From Octopus sinensis (lineage: Eukaryota), in contig NC_043004.1 in assembly GCF_006345805.1 (NCBI RefSeq), forward strand, positions 94,736,001 to 94,800,000: a stretch of 64,000 bases of DNA. The letters are read 5' to 3'. The notes under the pieces were generated by a model that ran no database searches, had not been told where the DNA came from, and saw nothing but the letters and a program-made list of their open reading frames with translations. This document shows, piece after piece, positions 37,711 to 50,990 of this stretch. The position numbers and the translations under genes were made by a program. Positions within the stretch are counted from its first letter, which is position 1. The number at the start of each line of letters is the position of its first letter.

Positions 37711-37756
37711 GCTATTATTATCATCAATATCATTATTATTATCATTATTATTATTA

Positions 37757-37787
<31 letters not shown>

Positions 37788-37886
37788 ATTTATTATTATT
37801 ATTATTATTATATTTATTATTATTATTATTACTATTATTATTATTATTATTTTTATTTTATTATTATTATTATTACTATGATTATT

Positions 37887-37927
<41 letters not shown>

Positions 37928-38130
37928 CATTATTATTATTATTATTATCACTATTATTATTACTATTATTATTACTATTATTATTATTATTATTATTATC
38001 ACTATCATTATTACTATTATCATTATTATCATTATTATCATTATCATTATTATCATTATCATTATTATCATTATTATTATTATTATTATTATAAACTTTA
38101 TTAATATCATTATTATTGTTGTTGCTGTTG
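37350..38130. repeat. (GTT)n and (ATT)n arrays
   Basis: Direct reading. Confidence 0.95.
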
Positions 38131-38367
38131 TTGTGGCTGCTGATGTCTCTGTCGTTCTTTTCACGGTTCTTTTTAGCTCTTAACGTTGTTGATGTTATTA
38201 TCGTAGCTACAACTTCTGTGGCAGTTATCTCTGTTGTTGTTGTTGTTGTTGTAGCTTGTCATCATTCTAGCTTTTCTTGATGTTGTTGTTGTTCCCATTA
38301 TTTTTGTTGCAAGCACTGCAATTGTTTTTATTACTGCCGCTGTTGTTCAACCTATTGTTCCTGTTCC

Positions 38368-38399
<32 letters not shown>

Positions 38400-38556
38400 T
38401 CGTTCTTTTACCTGTTGTTGTTTGTATTATAATTTCCTTTGTTTCAAATCTTCATTCACGCAATTATTATACCTGTGGTTATTGTTTTACAAACATTTTA
38501 GAGTTTATTAGCGTTGTTTTGATGATAACAGGAGCAGTGATGGTGGAGATTTTGTA

Positions 38557-38594
<38 letters not shown>

Positions 38595-39318
38595 CTGTTT
38601 CATTTTTTTGGGTTTTTTTTGTTTTTAGTTCTGCTTTTTTTTTTTCTTTTTTTCTTCTATTTCAGTGTATCAGTTTTGTAATCGCAGAGAATTAAACAGC
38701 CGCTATTGAAATCAACAGCAGATGTGATGATAATATTACAGCACTCCCCTCCATGACTATCACCTCCGTCATTCTTTTAAATAATCTAAATTGTTTCAAC
38801 AGAATTGTCTTCAACCTGTTTATTTTATTCCACATATTGTTGTTGATGTATTTCTTGTTATTATTGTAATTTCTTTTACTATTTAAAAAACACATGTTTA
38901 CCTTAATTTTTTTTTATTTTCGTTTCTCCATCTTTGACTACATGGATTTCCTTCAACCGCTTATGCTTTTATCTTTTCTTTCCTTCATCTTTTATTCGCT
39001 TGGTTTGTGGGTGGAGCAGGGAGGATCTATTTGTTATGATTGTTGTCATAGCTATTATTGTTGTTGTTGTTGATGTTGTTGTTGAGTACTTCTAAATCAA
39101 TGTTAGAGCTCTTTGCTAAGTCAATGTCAGAGGGGTATTTTGTTTTTGTTTTTTTCTTTTTTTGTTTTCTTTTATCCTTTTGGCAAAATAAAGGGCAATA
39201 CTCATGATACTGTATGACAGTATCCAATTCTGTCGAGAGAATAGATGGTAGGAATCTTCAGTTTGAGGAATCACCCCAAATGCTTGGATTCTGCTTAAGA
39301 TTCCAATGGACAAAAGTA

Positions 39319-40380
39319 TGAAGGCAGCAAGCTGGCAGAATTGTTAGCATACCAGGCAAAATGCTTAGCAGTATTTCATCTGTCTTTATGTTCTGAATTC
39401 AAATTCTGCCAAGGTCGACTTTGCCTTTCATCCTTTTGGGGTTGATTAAATAAGTACCAGTTATGCACTGGAGTCGATATAATCGACTTAATCCATTTGT
39501 CTGTTCTTGTTTGTCCTCTCTGTGTGTAGCCCCTTGTGGGTAGTAAAGAAATGAGTATTTCATCTGTCTTTACATTCTGAGTACAAATTCCGCCAATGTC
39601 GACTTTGCCTTCCATCCTTTAAGGGTCGATAAATTAAGTACCAGTTCTCTTCTGGGGTTGATGTAATCGACTGGTCCCCTACCCTAAAATTTCTGGCCTT
39701 GTGCCTAGAATAGAAAAGAAAAGATTCCAATGGAGTAGATAGTAGTGGTGTTAAACTGGGAGATAGATTAAGTGTAGCAGACAAGAAGAGAAAATTGCTC
39801 TATACAAACACATTCATGGTTATGCGGTTAAGACCTCTCAACCAGATGGTTCTGGGTTCAGCCTCAATGCATTGCATGTTGGAAGAAATAGTTTTCTCTT
39901 GTGGATTCAAGATAACCAAAATCTTGTGAGTGAATTTGGTAGACTGAAACTGAAAAAAATGATTGTGCGTGTGTGTGAATGTATATCCTTGCTTTGACAT
40001 CATGCAATAATTGTAAATGAGCATCATATTCTTATAAGCGGTGTCCTTCATTTCCAATCTCCATTCAAAACATGTCACCGATTGGAAAGAGGTGAAGGAT
40101 GGAAACAAAAAGGGCATCTGATTGTTAAAATGTACCCTCCAAATTCTTATTTCTTTATTGCCCACAAGAGGCCAAACATAGAGGGGAGAAACAAGGACAG
40201 ACAAAGAGATTAAGTCGATTACATTGACCCCTGTGCGTAACTGGTATCTAATTTATCGACCCCGAAAGGACGAAAGGTAAAGTCGACCTCGACTGAATTT
40301 GAACTCAGAACATAACAGTGGATGAAATACCGCTAAGCATTTTGCCCAGCGTGCTAATGTTTCTGTCAGTTCACCGCCTT
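39319..40380. mobile_element. SINE cluster: family B at 39319-39555(+), 39553-39720(+) and 40147-40380(-), plus a degenerate A-like copy
   Basis: Family consensus matches. Confidence 0.8.
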
Positions 40381-40505
40381 CAAATTCTGTCTAATCCACA
40401 GAAAAGCATGTGTTAAAATGGTGATGATGATGATGACAATGACGACAACAACAGTGATGACAACAAGTGATGACAACAACGACAGCGATGATTATAATGA
40501 TGATA

Positions 40506-40541
<36 letters not shown>

Positions 40542-41385
40542 TGATGGTGAGAAAACCCTGATTCTTCATTCAGTTTTTCTTTCCTGTCTGGGGAAATGGA
40601 AAGGCATAGCTGTTGCAATGTCTTTATTTCTCTGTGTAGGACAAGTTAGTTAGAAATTGAGAGTCATACAAACTATTCATATCGTAAAGTCAGTGGTGGC
40701 AGTGGTGGTGGTGGAATGGATAGCAAATTGCACAAAATCCTTTGCAGTATTTGGTTATAATCCTTTAAATTACGAGCCAGTCTTTCAGGATCCATAAAAT
40801 AAGTACCAATCAAACTGGTGCAAGTTGGAATAATTGACAGTTTCCACCTTCCAAAGTGTGTGACTTTGGCCAAAGTTGGAAATCAACATATAATTTTATG
40901 CATCCATATTGTGAATCTAAACCCATTCCAGAAACGAGAAATCATCCTTATATCCACCTTTCTATCAATATTTTTTTAGTTTTAAGTCTTCTATATTTAC
41001 TTGTGCTGCTAAGGTTTCCACTATTATATCAAATGTATAAGGAATGTTCCTTTATTTTAATTATTACAAGTTTAATTTGTTTTTTATTATTATCAAATAA
41101 TAGAAGTTGCTGAGCTGACAGAATTAACAGTATGCTGGGTGAAATATTTACTCTTTTACTTGTTTCGGTCATTTGAAAGTGGCCATGCTGGAGCACTGCA
41201 TTTAGTCGAAGAAATCAACCCCAGAACTTATTCTTTGTAAGCCTAGTACTTATTCTATCAGTCTCTTTTGCTGAACCACTAAGTTACGAGGACGTAAACA
41301 CACCAGCATCGGTTGTCAAGCAATGTTGGAGGGACAAATACAGACACACAAACATATAAACACACACACACACATATATATTATA

Positions 41386-41435
<50 letters not shown>

Positions 41436-43029
41436 AGAACAAAGTGTACATACGCCAATTTATAAAATACGATGGGCTTCTTTCAGTTTCCGTCTACCAA
41501 ATCCTCTCACAAGGCTTTGGTTGGCCCGAGGCTATAGTAGAAGACACTTGCTCAAGGTGCCATGCAATTAGGACTGAACCTGGAACCATGTGGTCCGTAA
41601 GCAAGCTACTTACCACACAGCCACTCCTACACCTATGCCTAAATGCTTAGCAGTATGTCATCTGTATTTGCATTCTGAGTTCAAATTCTGCAGGGGTCGA
41701 CTTTGCCTTTCATCCTTTAGGGGGTCGATAAAATAAGTACCAGCTGAATACTAGGGTCGAAGTTATCAACTTAACCCCTTCCCTGAAATTGCTGGCCTTG
41801 TGCCAAAATTTGAAATCGTTATTATCTGATAATAATTTGGAGTATCTGGCTCTGTGCGGTTCATATCAATTTTTAACTTTTCAACTTGCAAAGGTGTATT
41901 ATTTGCAATATGTAGGACCATACTGGTTCATTTTGTATATTTTGAGAGCCATAGGCAACATATCTATAATTTAATTTTTAAATAAGTTTAATTAGATCTG
42001 TTTTACACTGTTCAAGGTCTTTTATTATTGATAGAGTAGGGTCGTAACTCAAAAGTGAATCTTATTGTCTGCTATTAGTGTATTCAATCGCATCAGGAAT
42101 CAATCAATTCAATACCAGCGATATTTTGTGGTTGAAACAATTACCTTTATCCACCCTGCCATTAAAAACTGACATGTGTCTCCTGTCAAAAGAAAGGGGG
42201 GGGAAACCCCATTTTTCTTTATCTTTTCTGAATTTCTGAAAATTTTCTTGTAGGTACCGCAATTGCAATATTTTCTTATATGTACAGATTTATATTCTTA
42301 TTGTATAGAAAATGATTTATTAGGTTCTTGCTAACCCTTGCTCTAGAGTATTACCATTTTCTGTCAATTCACCATTCTCAGAGTAACAGTGATCGTGTTG
42401 ATTCTGAAAAATTACATTATGGTGTTAAGGATAGAAAGAAAATGAAGGGGGAACTACAAATGAAGTTAGGATATTCTTTTACTTTTAGTTTAGTTTGCTT
42501 CATTTTCAATAGTGTTGTTTTTATGTATTACAGTTGAGTTTAACATGGATGTAATAAACGTGATATATCTCCCTCACACTGGGGGCTGCAGTGTTTATGG
42601 CTAAATACTTCAATAACCATGAGTATTGCATATTCTCTGAAAAAGTTGCATTTTTATATTTATTTATTTATTATTATTTTTTTTTATAATTGATTCATGT
42701 TTCGCTTTGAATATTAACCTTTCTGCCACCTTATTTGAAAGCTTCAATAGATAGACATGTTCTAGTTTTCCACCATAGTCTCCCTAGGTATGCCAGAATG
42801 TTCATAAAACTGCTGAAGATCAGTGAAGAGCAGAAAAGCGATCTTAAGAAGCTCAGAAAAAAATAGCCATCAAAAGTGCTTGGATGATGAGGATTATTTA
42901 ATAATTTTATATGGGAATTAAAGAAAACATCATTGTCAGGAATATGGTAAACTATACCCAAATACACTGTCTTCAAGAATACTATGATGATAATAATATT
43001 CATTTATTTTCAGTAAATTATCAATTTAA

Positions 43030-43490
43030 CCCTTAGGGATTAACCATACTTAGGGGTTAGCCATACTTAAATGGCAAATATACGTCATGATGTGTTGTAG
43101 CTACTGTTTATAACTCGCTCTGAGATTTATTATTGCTTGTTTACACTTTTTCGATATCAGTATCTATCGATACTGGAAAAAAGTATAAGTAATTGTGAAG
43201 GGAACTTACTTCTCATTGAAAACTGTGATTGTCACATGCCAATGACGGGTCAATACCCAGAAACTCGAGTCCGTGTGTATCATAAGTTGAAGACAGGAAG
43301 AATAGCTTCCCTTTGCAAATACTGATAGGACACAGAAAGTGTGTCTATAGCCAGCTGGAGGAGGTGTCCTCCTGGGGCTACAAACTACAGTAGCATCCAC
43401 CCTTAGGAGTTAGCCATACTTAAATGGCAAATATACTCCACGATGTGTTGCAGCTACTGTTTATAACTCGCTCTGAGATTTATTATATCA
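43030..43490 (+). mobile_element. Element with ~85-bp direct terminal repeats (pLTR-like)
   Basis: gttagccatacttaaatggcaaatata...ctcgctctgagatttattat at ~43049-43133 and ~43401-43486. Confidence 0.65.
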
Positions 43491-45239
43491 ATTTATAGTT
43501 ATTCACAAACTATATTTCAGAAGACGATGTTCCTACCTGTGCTTAATTTAACATCATTTTTGATCGATTGAAATTTGTGGAGTTCTTCTCTTTGCCTCTT
43601 GTGAGATTAATATTTCCTTAATGTTAGTGAATGTTCTTGTCATTACAGCTACAATTTCATATGATTGTAAATTATTTTCAGCTCACACCATATTGTAGGT
43701 TATACTTAACAACATGTTCTTCATGCTCGAGACACATGTGGGATATTTTCCAATGATGTTTTTAATAAGATATTGTTATATTCTTTCATCAACACAGAGA
43801 TAATTTCTTATGCTCGTCTCTTTATATACTGACTCTTGAGCCACTGCAGTGGAAACAAGAGATGATGAGGGGTATGCAGCACAAATTAGGATGTGGAAGG
43901 GCTATGTTAGAATATGCAATAACATCTCTGTCGTTATGTCACACATCAGGCACATCAAGGTGATCAGCACCACTCAAAGGGATTACAAAGTGGTGATAGG
44001 AGCAAAAACAACCAAGAAAAGTCAATGGCTTTGCAGAATGGCACCTAGAGAGACAGGCCTTCCACGAATTTCATTTTAATAGGTAACGATGCAGTACAAG
44101 GTCAATGCTAATCAAAATGAACAGGGGATATGACTAAAAATTTTTTGATTAATTACAACTCTCTTTTACTCTTTACTCTTTTACTCTTTTACTTATTCTA
44201 TCGGACCCTTTTGCCGAACCGCTAAGTAACAAGGACATAAACACACCAGCATCAGTTGTCAAGCAATGCTAGGGGGACAAACACAGACACACAAATACAC
44301 ACATACACACATATATATACATATATATGACGGGCTTCTTTCAGTTTCCATCTCCCAAATCCACTCACAAGGCTTTGGTCAGCCCGAGGCTATAGTAGAA
44401 GACGCTTGCCTAAGGTGCCACACAGTGGGACTGAACCCGGAACCATGTGGTTGGTAAACAAGCTACTTACCACACAGCCACTCCTGCACCCGAGAAGAAA
44501 GAAACTAAATAGAAATACAAGGCAGTGTAGTGTTAATTGATGTTTGGCAGTATTGTAAGATCACTGGACATGTTTTTAGTCATACTGGATTTTCTCAGCA
44601 GGGTATAAGCTAACTGTTGCTTTCAGATCTTACAATGACAACATGGACACTATATATTACAGATTTTGATGAATGAATCTTGAAGATGACAAACTGGCTG
44701 AATAGTTAAGATAGCAGGCAAGATGCTTAGAAGCATTCTGGCAATCTGTATGTTCCTCTAAGATTGTTATTACCTTTCATCCTTTTGGGGTTGATAAAAT
44801 AAGTACCCATTGAATACTGAGGTTGACATAGTCAACTTGGCCTCTCCCCACCACCGAAAAAAAACCCTGCTGGCCTTGTGACAAAATTTGGAACCAATAC
44901 ATGAATACTACTTGTCATGTTATTTTAGGAGACTAACAAGAGGAAAACACCCAGAGGTGCTGGTTCTTTGTCAAGGAGAGAGAGCCAAGTGTGTGTAAAC
45001 AGAATGGGAAGAGGAAAGTTTTAATTGTTTAAAATTAACCATTTTGGATTTGCAGCATCATTTTGGATTCACAGTTCAAATGTCTTCTAGTTGACATGTT
45101 CAACCAAAAGACATTTGAACATTTTTCCTTGGGAAAAGTGTGAGCCCTTCAAAATCCCATGTCTTTTACATCTCAAATATTTCATGTAAAGAGATGTAAT
45201 GAAATAACCAGTAGCACTATTAACAGTCATATAAAAATT

Positions 45240-45279
<40 letters not shown>

Positions 45280-45336
45280 GCTACTGCTGCTGCCGCTGCC
45301 GCCACCACTACCTTCACCACCACCACCACCACCACC

Positions 45337-45386
<50 letters not shown>

Positions 45387-45405
45387 CACCACCACCACCA
45401 CCACC

Positions 45406-45455
<50 letters not shown>

Positions 45456-45477
45456 CACCACCACCACCACCACCACC

Positions 45478-45556
<79 letters not shown>

Positions 45557-45799
45557 TCAACATTACTACTACAACTACAACTACCACTGCTACCACCACT
45601 GCTACCACCACTGCTACCACCACTGCTACCACCACTGCTACCACCACTGCTACCACCACTGCTACCACCACTGCTACCACCACTGCCACTACTACTAGTA
45701 CTACCATCACCACTAGTACAACTAAAATTATACTAATACTACTAATACTACTGCTGCTACAACAGTTGCTGCTGCCTCTACCATTGCTGTTAGTAATAT

Positions 45800-45846
<47 letters not shown>

Positions 45847-45900
45847 TCACCACTACTGCTGCTGCTGCTGCTACTGCTGCTACTACACCTGCTATTGCAA
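45240..45900. repeat. (ACT/ACC/AAT)n arrays with a 12-bp accaccactgct repeat
   Basis: Direct reading. Confidence 0.95.
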
Positions 45901-46581
45901 TTACTATTGCTACTAATTAGGAGCCAACCTGCAATTTTTAAGAAAAAATAAAAATAAAAAAAATAAATGTTTTCTTGCCTAGTTCTGAAACAAGGAATAC
46001 AGAGATAGCAGGGGGGGGGAAGTGATGGCGGTGGTGGTGGTGTTGGTGCCGGTGGAGGTGGTGCAGTCAAAGAGAAGATAGAAGTGTGATTTCCATTGAT
46101 ATTGTTGATACTGTTATGGTAGTGGTAGTGGTAGTGATGGATGTATTGGCGTTGGTTATGTGGTGCTGGTTGTTTTAAGTGAGTGTAGGGTGGGGGTCGT
46201 TTTTTTTTGTTGTTATTGTCTTTTTTTTTGTTTTGTTTTTTTTTTTTTTGCTTTTGTGTGTCTGATAATTATAGACCTTTATTTCACTCTTCATTATTCC
46301 ATGAACAAAAGCTTAATGATCTCCTTTGTGTTCAGTTTAACTTATTCCATAATGGCTGTGGGTGGGTGGTGGTGGTGGTGGTGGTGGTGGTGGTGGCGGT
46401 GGTGGCTGTGGTGGTAGTGGTGGTGATGAGGATGAGTGGGTAAGTGGTTGTGTATTTGTGTGTTGTGTGTGTCTACACGTAGGTATGTATGCATGTATGT
46501 ATGTATGTATCTATCAACGTATATATATGAAAATGCATAAATATATGTCATATATGAATATATATACCTTACATTTATATG

Positions 46582-46615
<34 letters not shown>

Positions 46616-46643
46616 GGACGCTAAATGATGATGATGATGATGA

Positions 46644-46680
<37 letters not shown>

Positions 46681-46993
46681 CGTACATACACATACATATA
46701 TACAATTATTTATGTGTGTGTATGTGTGTGTGTGTATGTATTTATGACGAGGGAGAGTGTGAGAAAGAAAACACGATGTGAAAGTGTCAGTTTGATATAT
46801 GCTTATATGTACATAAAACACACCAACACACACACACACATGTACATACTCATATGCAAATGCACATACATGCACACATATATTTGTGTATGTATATATA
46901 TATATATATGCACACACACACATATATATGCATGTAAGTATATATATATATATGTATGTATTTATACATGTATGCATATATGTATATATATAC

Positions 46994-47026
<33 letters not shown>

Positions 47027-47279
47027 AAGCATATATACATCCAATGTATGTATGTAAGTATATGTACAGGTGAGATACATAAAAAAAACGAGAAGTGCTC
47101 AACCAATTTATATATGTGTCTTAGTATGTGTGTGCATGTGCGTGTATGTACACATACTGGTGAGCATGTGGACAACTACATGATTACGTATTTTAGATGT
47201 ATAGATAGATATGAATATATAGAGTTATATATACGCATGTATTAATACATACACATATGCACAAGCATGCTCTCTCTCT

Positions 47280-47311
<32 letters not shown>

Positions 47312-47481
47312 TATTATGCAAACAGTAATATATGCACATATTTATATACAGTTTTTTATATATATATATATACACATACATACATACATGCATACATACA
47401 TGCATACATACATGCATACATACACGCATACATACAGTCATATACATGTGCATATATCATTTTACAAATACATACACATGA

Positions 47482-47528
<47 letters not shown>

Positions 47529-47640
47529 CATACATATATATATATATATATGAATATAATAAATAAATATATACATATATAAATGTCTATGTATACATAC
47601 ATAAATATATATAAATATATAAATATATATATATAAATAC

Positions 47641-47671
<31 letters not shown>

Positions 47672-49462
47672 CATGCATACATACATACATAGTTAGACAG
47701 ATATATAGATAGATGTATAAATACATATATGTATATACATGTACATCCATATACATGTATACATACATATGTATATATGTATGTAGGTATGTATGTATGT
47801 ATATATGTATGTATGTATGTATGTATGTTTGTATGTATGTGTGTATGTTACAACAACATCTCTTCCTCGCAATTCTCTGTGACAATCTGGATATTTCAAT
47901 GTATTTATTCTCTCAGTTTTTCTCTTGTCCCCCCTCCTTTTTAAACAACAATTCATGTCATGTGCGTTAACAATTTTTTGTCAAATGTGTTAACTGTTTC
48001 TTATCTCCTCATAATTTTTTCAAAAAAAAAATAACACACACACACACACACAAAAAAGAATTATAATTTTTAAAATCATTTCCATAAGATTTTTTCAAAA
48101 AATTTTAACTTATTAATTTATATTTTCACTTTTTATAATTCACAGCTTTTTTTAAATTTTGCTTGTAATTTTTATTTTTATGTTATTTTATTTCTCCTGT
48201 TTTTCTATATTCTTCTTTTCTAAATGTACAAATGCAGAGGTATGAGGGTGTGTGTGTGTGCGTGTGTATGTGTGTGTGGCACCATATGAAAATATACACA
48301 CCATTAATTAGTGGGTAGTTATCCTCCTCCTCCCTCCGCTTCCTCCTCCTTCTTCAATTCTTTCTTTTTCTCTTCCTCCCTACCTTTCAGGTAACCACAT
48401 CTCCATCTCTCCTCTCTTTATACTTGCTATTTTTTAAAACTTTTTCTCATCCTTTCACTTGTCCCTTGTTAAATCATGACAACCTCAACCCCCCCCCACC
48501 ACCACCACCACCACAGCACCGCTATATTACGAACACTGCACAAGCCACCACCACCTTTACCATCAACATAACCATACATCATTATCATCACCTCCACCAG
48601 CACCACCTCAGCTACCTCTGCCAACTGCATAATCACTATTACTACTATCTGCACCATACATTTCCCTCAATAACCACAAAACTAATACCAAAAGAACAAC
48701 ACTCCACCGCAGAACCCATCATCAGTACAACAACCACCAACACCACCATCACCATAATTAGCTCTATCACTACTATCACCTGCACATCTACTACCAAACA
48801 CTGCCATAGCCACCATCCTTGTCACCATCACCATAATCATTATCCCTTTCAATGTCACCAGTAACACTTACAAGCACTGCCATCGCCAATACCACCAACA
48901 CCCCCAGCACCTACACCAACACCACCACCATCCTTAGCACCATTTTAAGAAACAGGACCATTGTAAGAAACTGCCATTCTGTCTTTAACACTATATGACT
49001 GACAGCACCATTCTAAGAAACCATTATTTTGCCATAAACACTACAGGACAAATAACTACCAATCCGACCTGTATGGAATAACAAAAAATTCTCCATTGCT
49101 ATCATGCATGCTCCAGCTCCAATCCACCATGACCATCTCTCCTGTGATCAACCAACAATTATCGATGTAATGCCACCATTTATGGAGGCAAGCTGGCAGA
49201 ATCATTAGCATGATAGCCAAAAATACTGATTGGCATTTCGTCCATCTTTGTGTTCTGATTTCAAATACCTTCAAGATTGACTTTGCTTTTCATCTAAAAG
49301 TTCTACCACATCATCTCCATCTCCATTGTCTTCATTTCTGCCTTACCATTACCTCTAAATTGACCATATCATCACCCTCATCATCATCAACATTAAATCT
49401 TTCATGTTATCATCATCATCATTGTCACACCACCATGCCTTTAACATTACTATAACCATCAT

Positions 49463-49840
49463 GGAGGCACAATGGCCCAGTGGTTGGGGCAGCAGACACG
49501 CAGTTGTATGATCACGGTTTCGATTCCCAGACTGGGCGTTGTGAGTGTTTATTGAGCGAAAACACCTAAAGTTCCATAAGGCTCTGGCAGGGGGTGGTGG
49601 CAAACCCTGCTGTACTCTTTCACCACAACTTTCTCTCACTCTATCTTCCTGTTTCTGTTGTACTTGTATTTCAAAGCACCAGCCTTGTCACACTCTGTGT
49701 CACGCTGAATCTCCCCGAGAACTACATTAGTGGTACACATGTCTGTGGAGTGCTCAGCCACTTGCACGTTAATTTCACGAGCAGGCTGTTCCGTTGATCA
49801 GATCAAATGGAACCCTTGTCGTCGTAACCAATGGAGTGCC
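49463..49840 (+). mobile_element. SINE family C
   Basis: Homologous to 18663-19041. Confidence 0.85.
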
Positions 49841-50149
49841 AACTATAACCATCACTTAGCCAAACAGTACATCATCATCAACACCACCATCACCATCAAC
49901 TATACCAAACCATCACTATTAGCTTTGCTATACCATCGCTATAAACATCACCAATACCTATACTATGCTATCACCAATACTGTCAACTCCACTTTACCAC
50001 CACCATCAACCGTACAGCACCACCACTATCAACTCAACCATACCATCATCATCAACTCTACCAAACCATCACCATTAACTTTGCCACGCTATTACCATAA
50101 TCAGCACCAACACCTCTACTATGCTACCTCCATCACCATCAACTCCACC

Positions 50150-50990
50150 TTGCCATCACCATCACCTCCACCATACAGTGCTACCACTATCAACTTCCTC
50201 ATACCATCACCATCAGTTCTACCATACCATCCACTTCAGCTTTGCTATACCATCACTATGCTTTCACTAACACCATCAACTTTACTTTAGCCATCACCAT
50301 CACCTCCACCATACAGTGCTACCACTATCAACTTCATCATACCATCAGCATCAGCTCTACCATACCATCCACTTCAGCTTTGCTATACCATCACTATGCT
50401 TTCACTAACACCATCAACTTTACTTTAGCCATCACCTCCACCATACAGTGCTACCACTATCAACTTCATCATACCATCAGCATCAGCTCTACCATACCAT
50501 CCACTTCAGCTTTGCTATACCATCACTATGCTTTCACTAACACCATCAACTTTACTTTAGCCATCACCACCTCCACCATACAGTGCTACCACTATCAACT
50601 TCATCATACCATCAGCATCAGCTCTACCATACCATCCACTTCAGCTTGCTATACCATCACTATGCTTTCACTAACACCATCAACTTTACTTTAGCCATCA
50701 CATCACCTCCACCATACAGTGCTACCACTATCAACTTCATCATACCATCAGCATCAGCTCTACCATACCATCCACTTCAGCTTTGCTATACCATCACTAT
50801 GCTTTCACTAACACCATCAACTTTACTTTAGCCATCACCATCACCTCCACCATACAGTGCTACCACTATCAACTTCATCATACCATCAGCATCAGCTCTA
50901 CCATACCATCCACTTCAGCTTTGCTATACCATCACTATGCTTTCACTAACACCATCAACTTTACTTTAGCCATCACCATCACCTCAACCA
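50150..50990. repeat. Minisatellite, 132-138 bp unit, about 6 copies
   Basis: cagctttgctatacc at 50237, 50375, 50507, 50642, 50778 and 50916. Confidence 0.9.

Noticed and set aside
50150-50990. CRISPR-like regular array (also considered 31461-32546)
   Set aside because: Units are wholly repeated with no unique spacers, no cas genes are present, and the context is eukaryotic.
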